NCBI RefSeq assembly: GCF_020745735.1
Contig: NC_083437.1
Coordinates: 30,628,001-30,692,000, forward strand
From: Hemiscyllium ocellatum
Lineage: Eukaryota
Direction: 5' to 3'
DNA length: 64,000 nucleotides
Part shown: piece after piece, positions 63,895 through 64,000 of the stretch
Position numbering within the stretch: the first letter of the stretch is position 1
Layout of the letters: the number at the start of each line of letters is the position of its first letter
The notes under the pieces: generated by a model
Seen by the model: the letters and a program-made list of their open reading frames with translations, nothing else
What the model was told of the DNA's origin: nothing
Databases searched by the model: none
Made by a program: the position numbers and the translations under genes

Positions 63895-64000
63895 CTGTGC
63901 CTGGAGGATCATCAACTCGGTGAAGGATGCTCTCTGAGTGGTCCGAAACCTGTTGGTGTTCCAGCTGAAGGAGTTGACCCCGACTGAGTGTTGCGGACTG
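63895..64000 (+). mobile_element. Tx1-like LINE ORF2 C-terminal fragment, running off the window
   Basis: WRIINSVKDAL*VVRNLLVFQLKELTPTECCGL resembles the Tx1-clade K..LW..RN motif. Confidence 0.55.

Noticed and set aside
59860-64000. MORN1 exons expected from recalled synteny
   Set aside because: No MORN-repeat peptide found; the region is mostly repeats.

Overview
Vertebrate genomic DNA, almost certainly a shark, judged from HE1-type V-SINEs, CR1/HER1-type LINEs, Deu-domain SINEs and Penelope-like elements (PLEs). It holds two complete, convergent protein-coding genes. PEX10 is on the + strand (6 coding exons, 21315-25725, 322 aa, C-terminal C3HC4 RING). RER1 is on the - strand (6 coding exons, 42680-30254, 196 aa). 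Each has a CpG-rich promoter and a probable non-coding first exon (PEX10 ~18.6-18.8 kb; RER1 ~59.7-59.8 kb), and the stop codons are separated by a 4.5-kb interval with no recognisable transposons. The rest is mostly retrotransposon debris: CR1, RTE, L2, Tx1, L1-like, SINEs and a decayed Neptune-type PLE. Most notable: (i) about 25 short, often TSD-flanked, foldback elements of at least four families carry minimal type-I hammerhead-ribozyme cores, and one family matches the terminal repeat of the PLE in this window; (ii) a 5'-complete, TSD-flanked, ORF1-only L1-like (HAL1-like) element; (iii) a 21-bp minisatellite and a G-rich tract flanking the PEX10 promoter. All calls were made by eye, and repeat boundaries are approximate.
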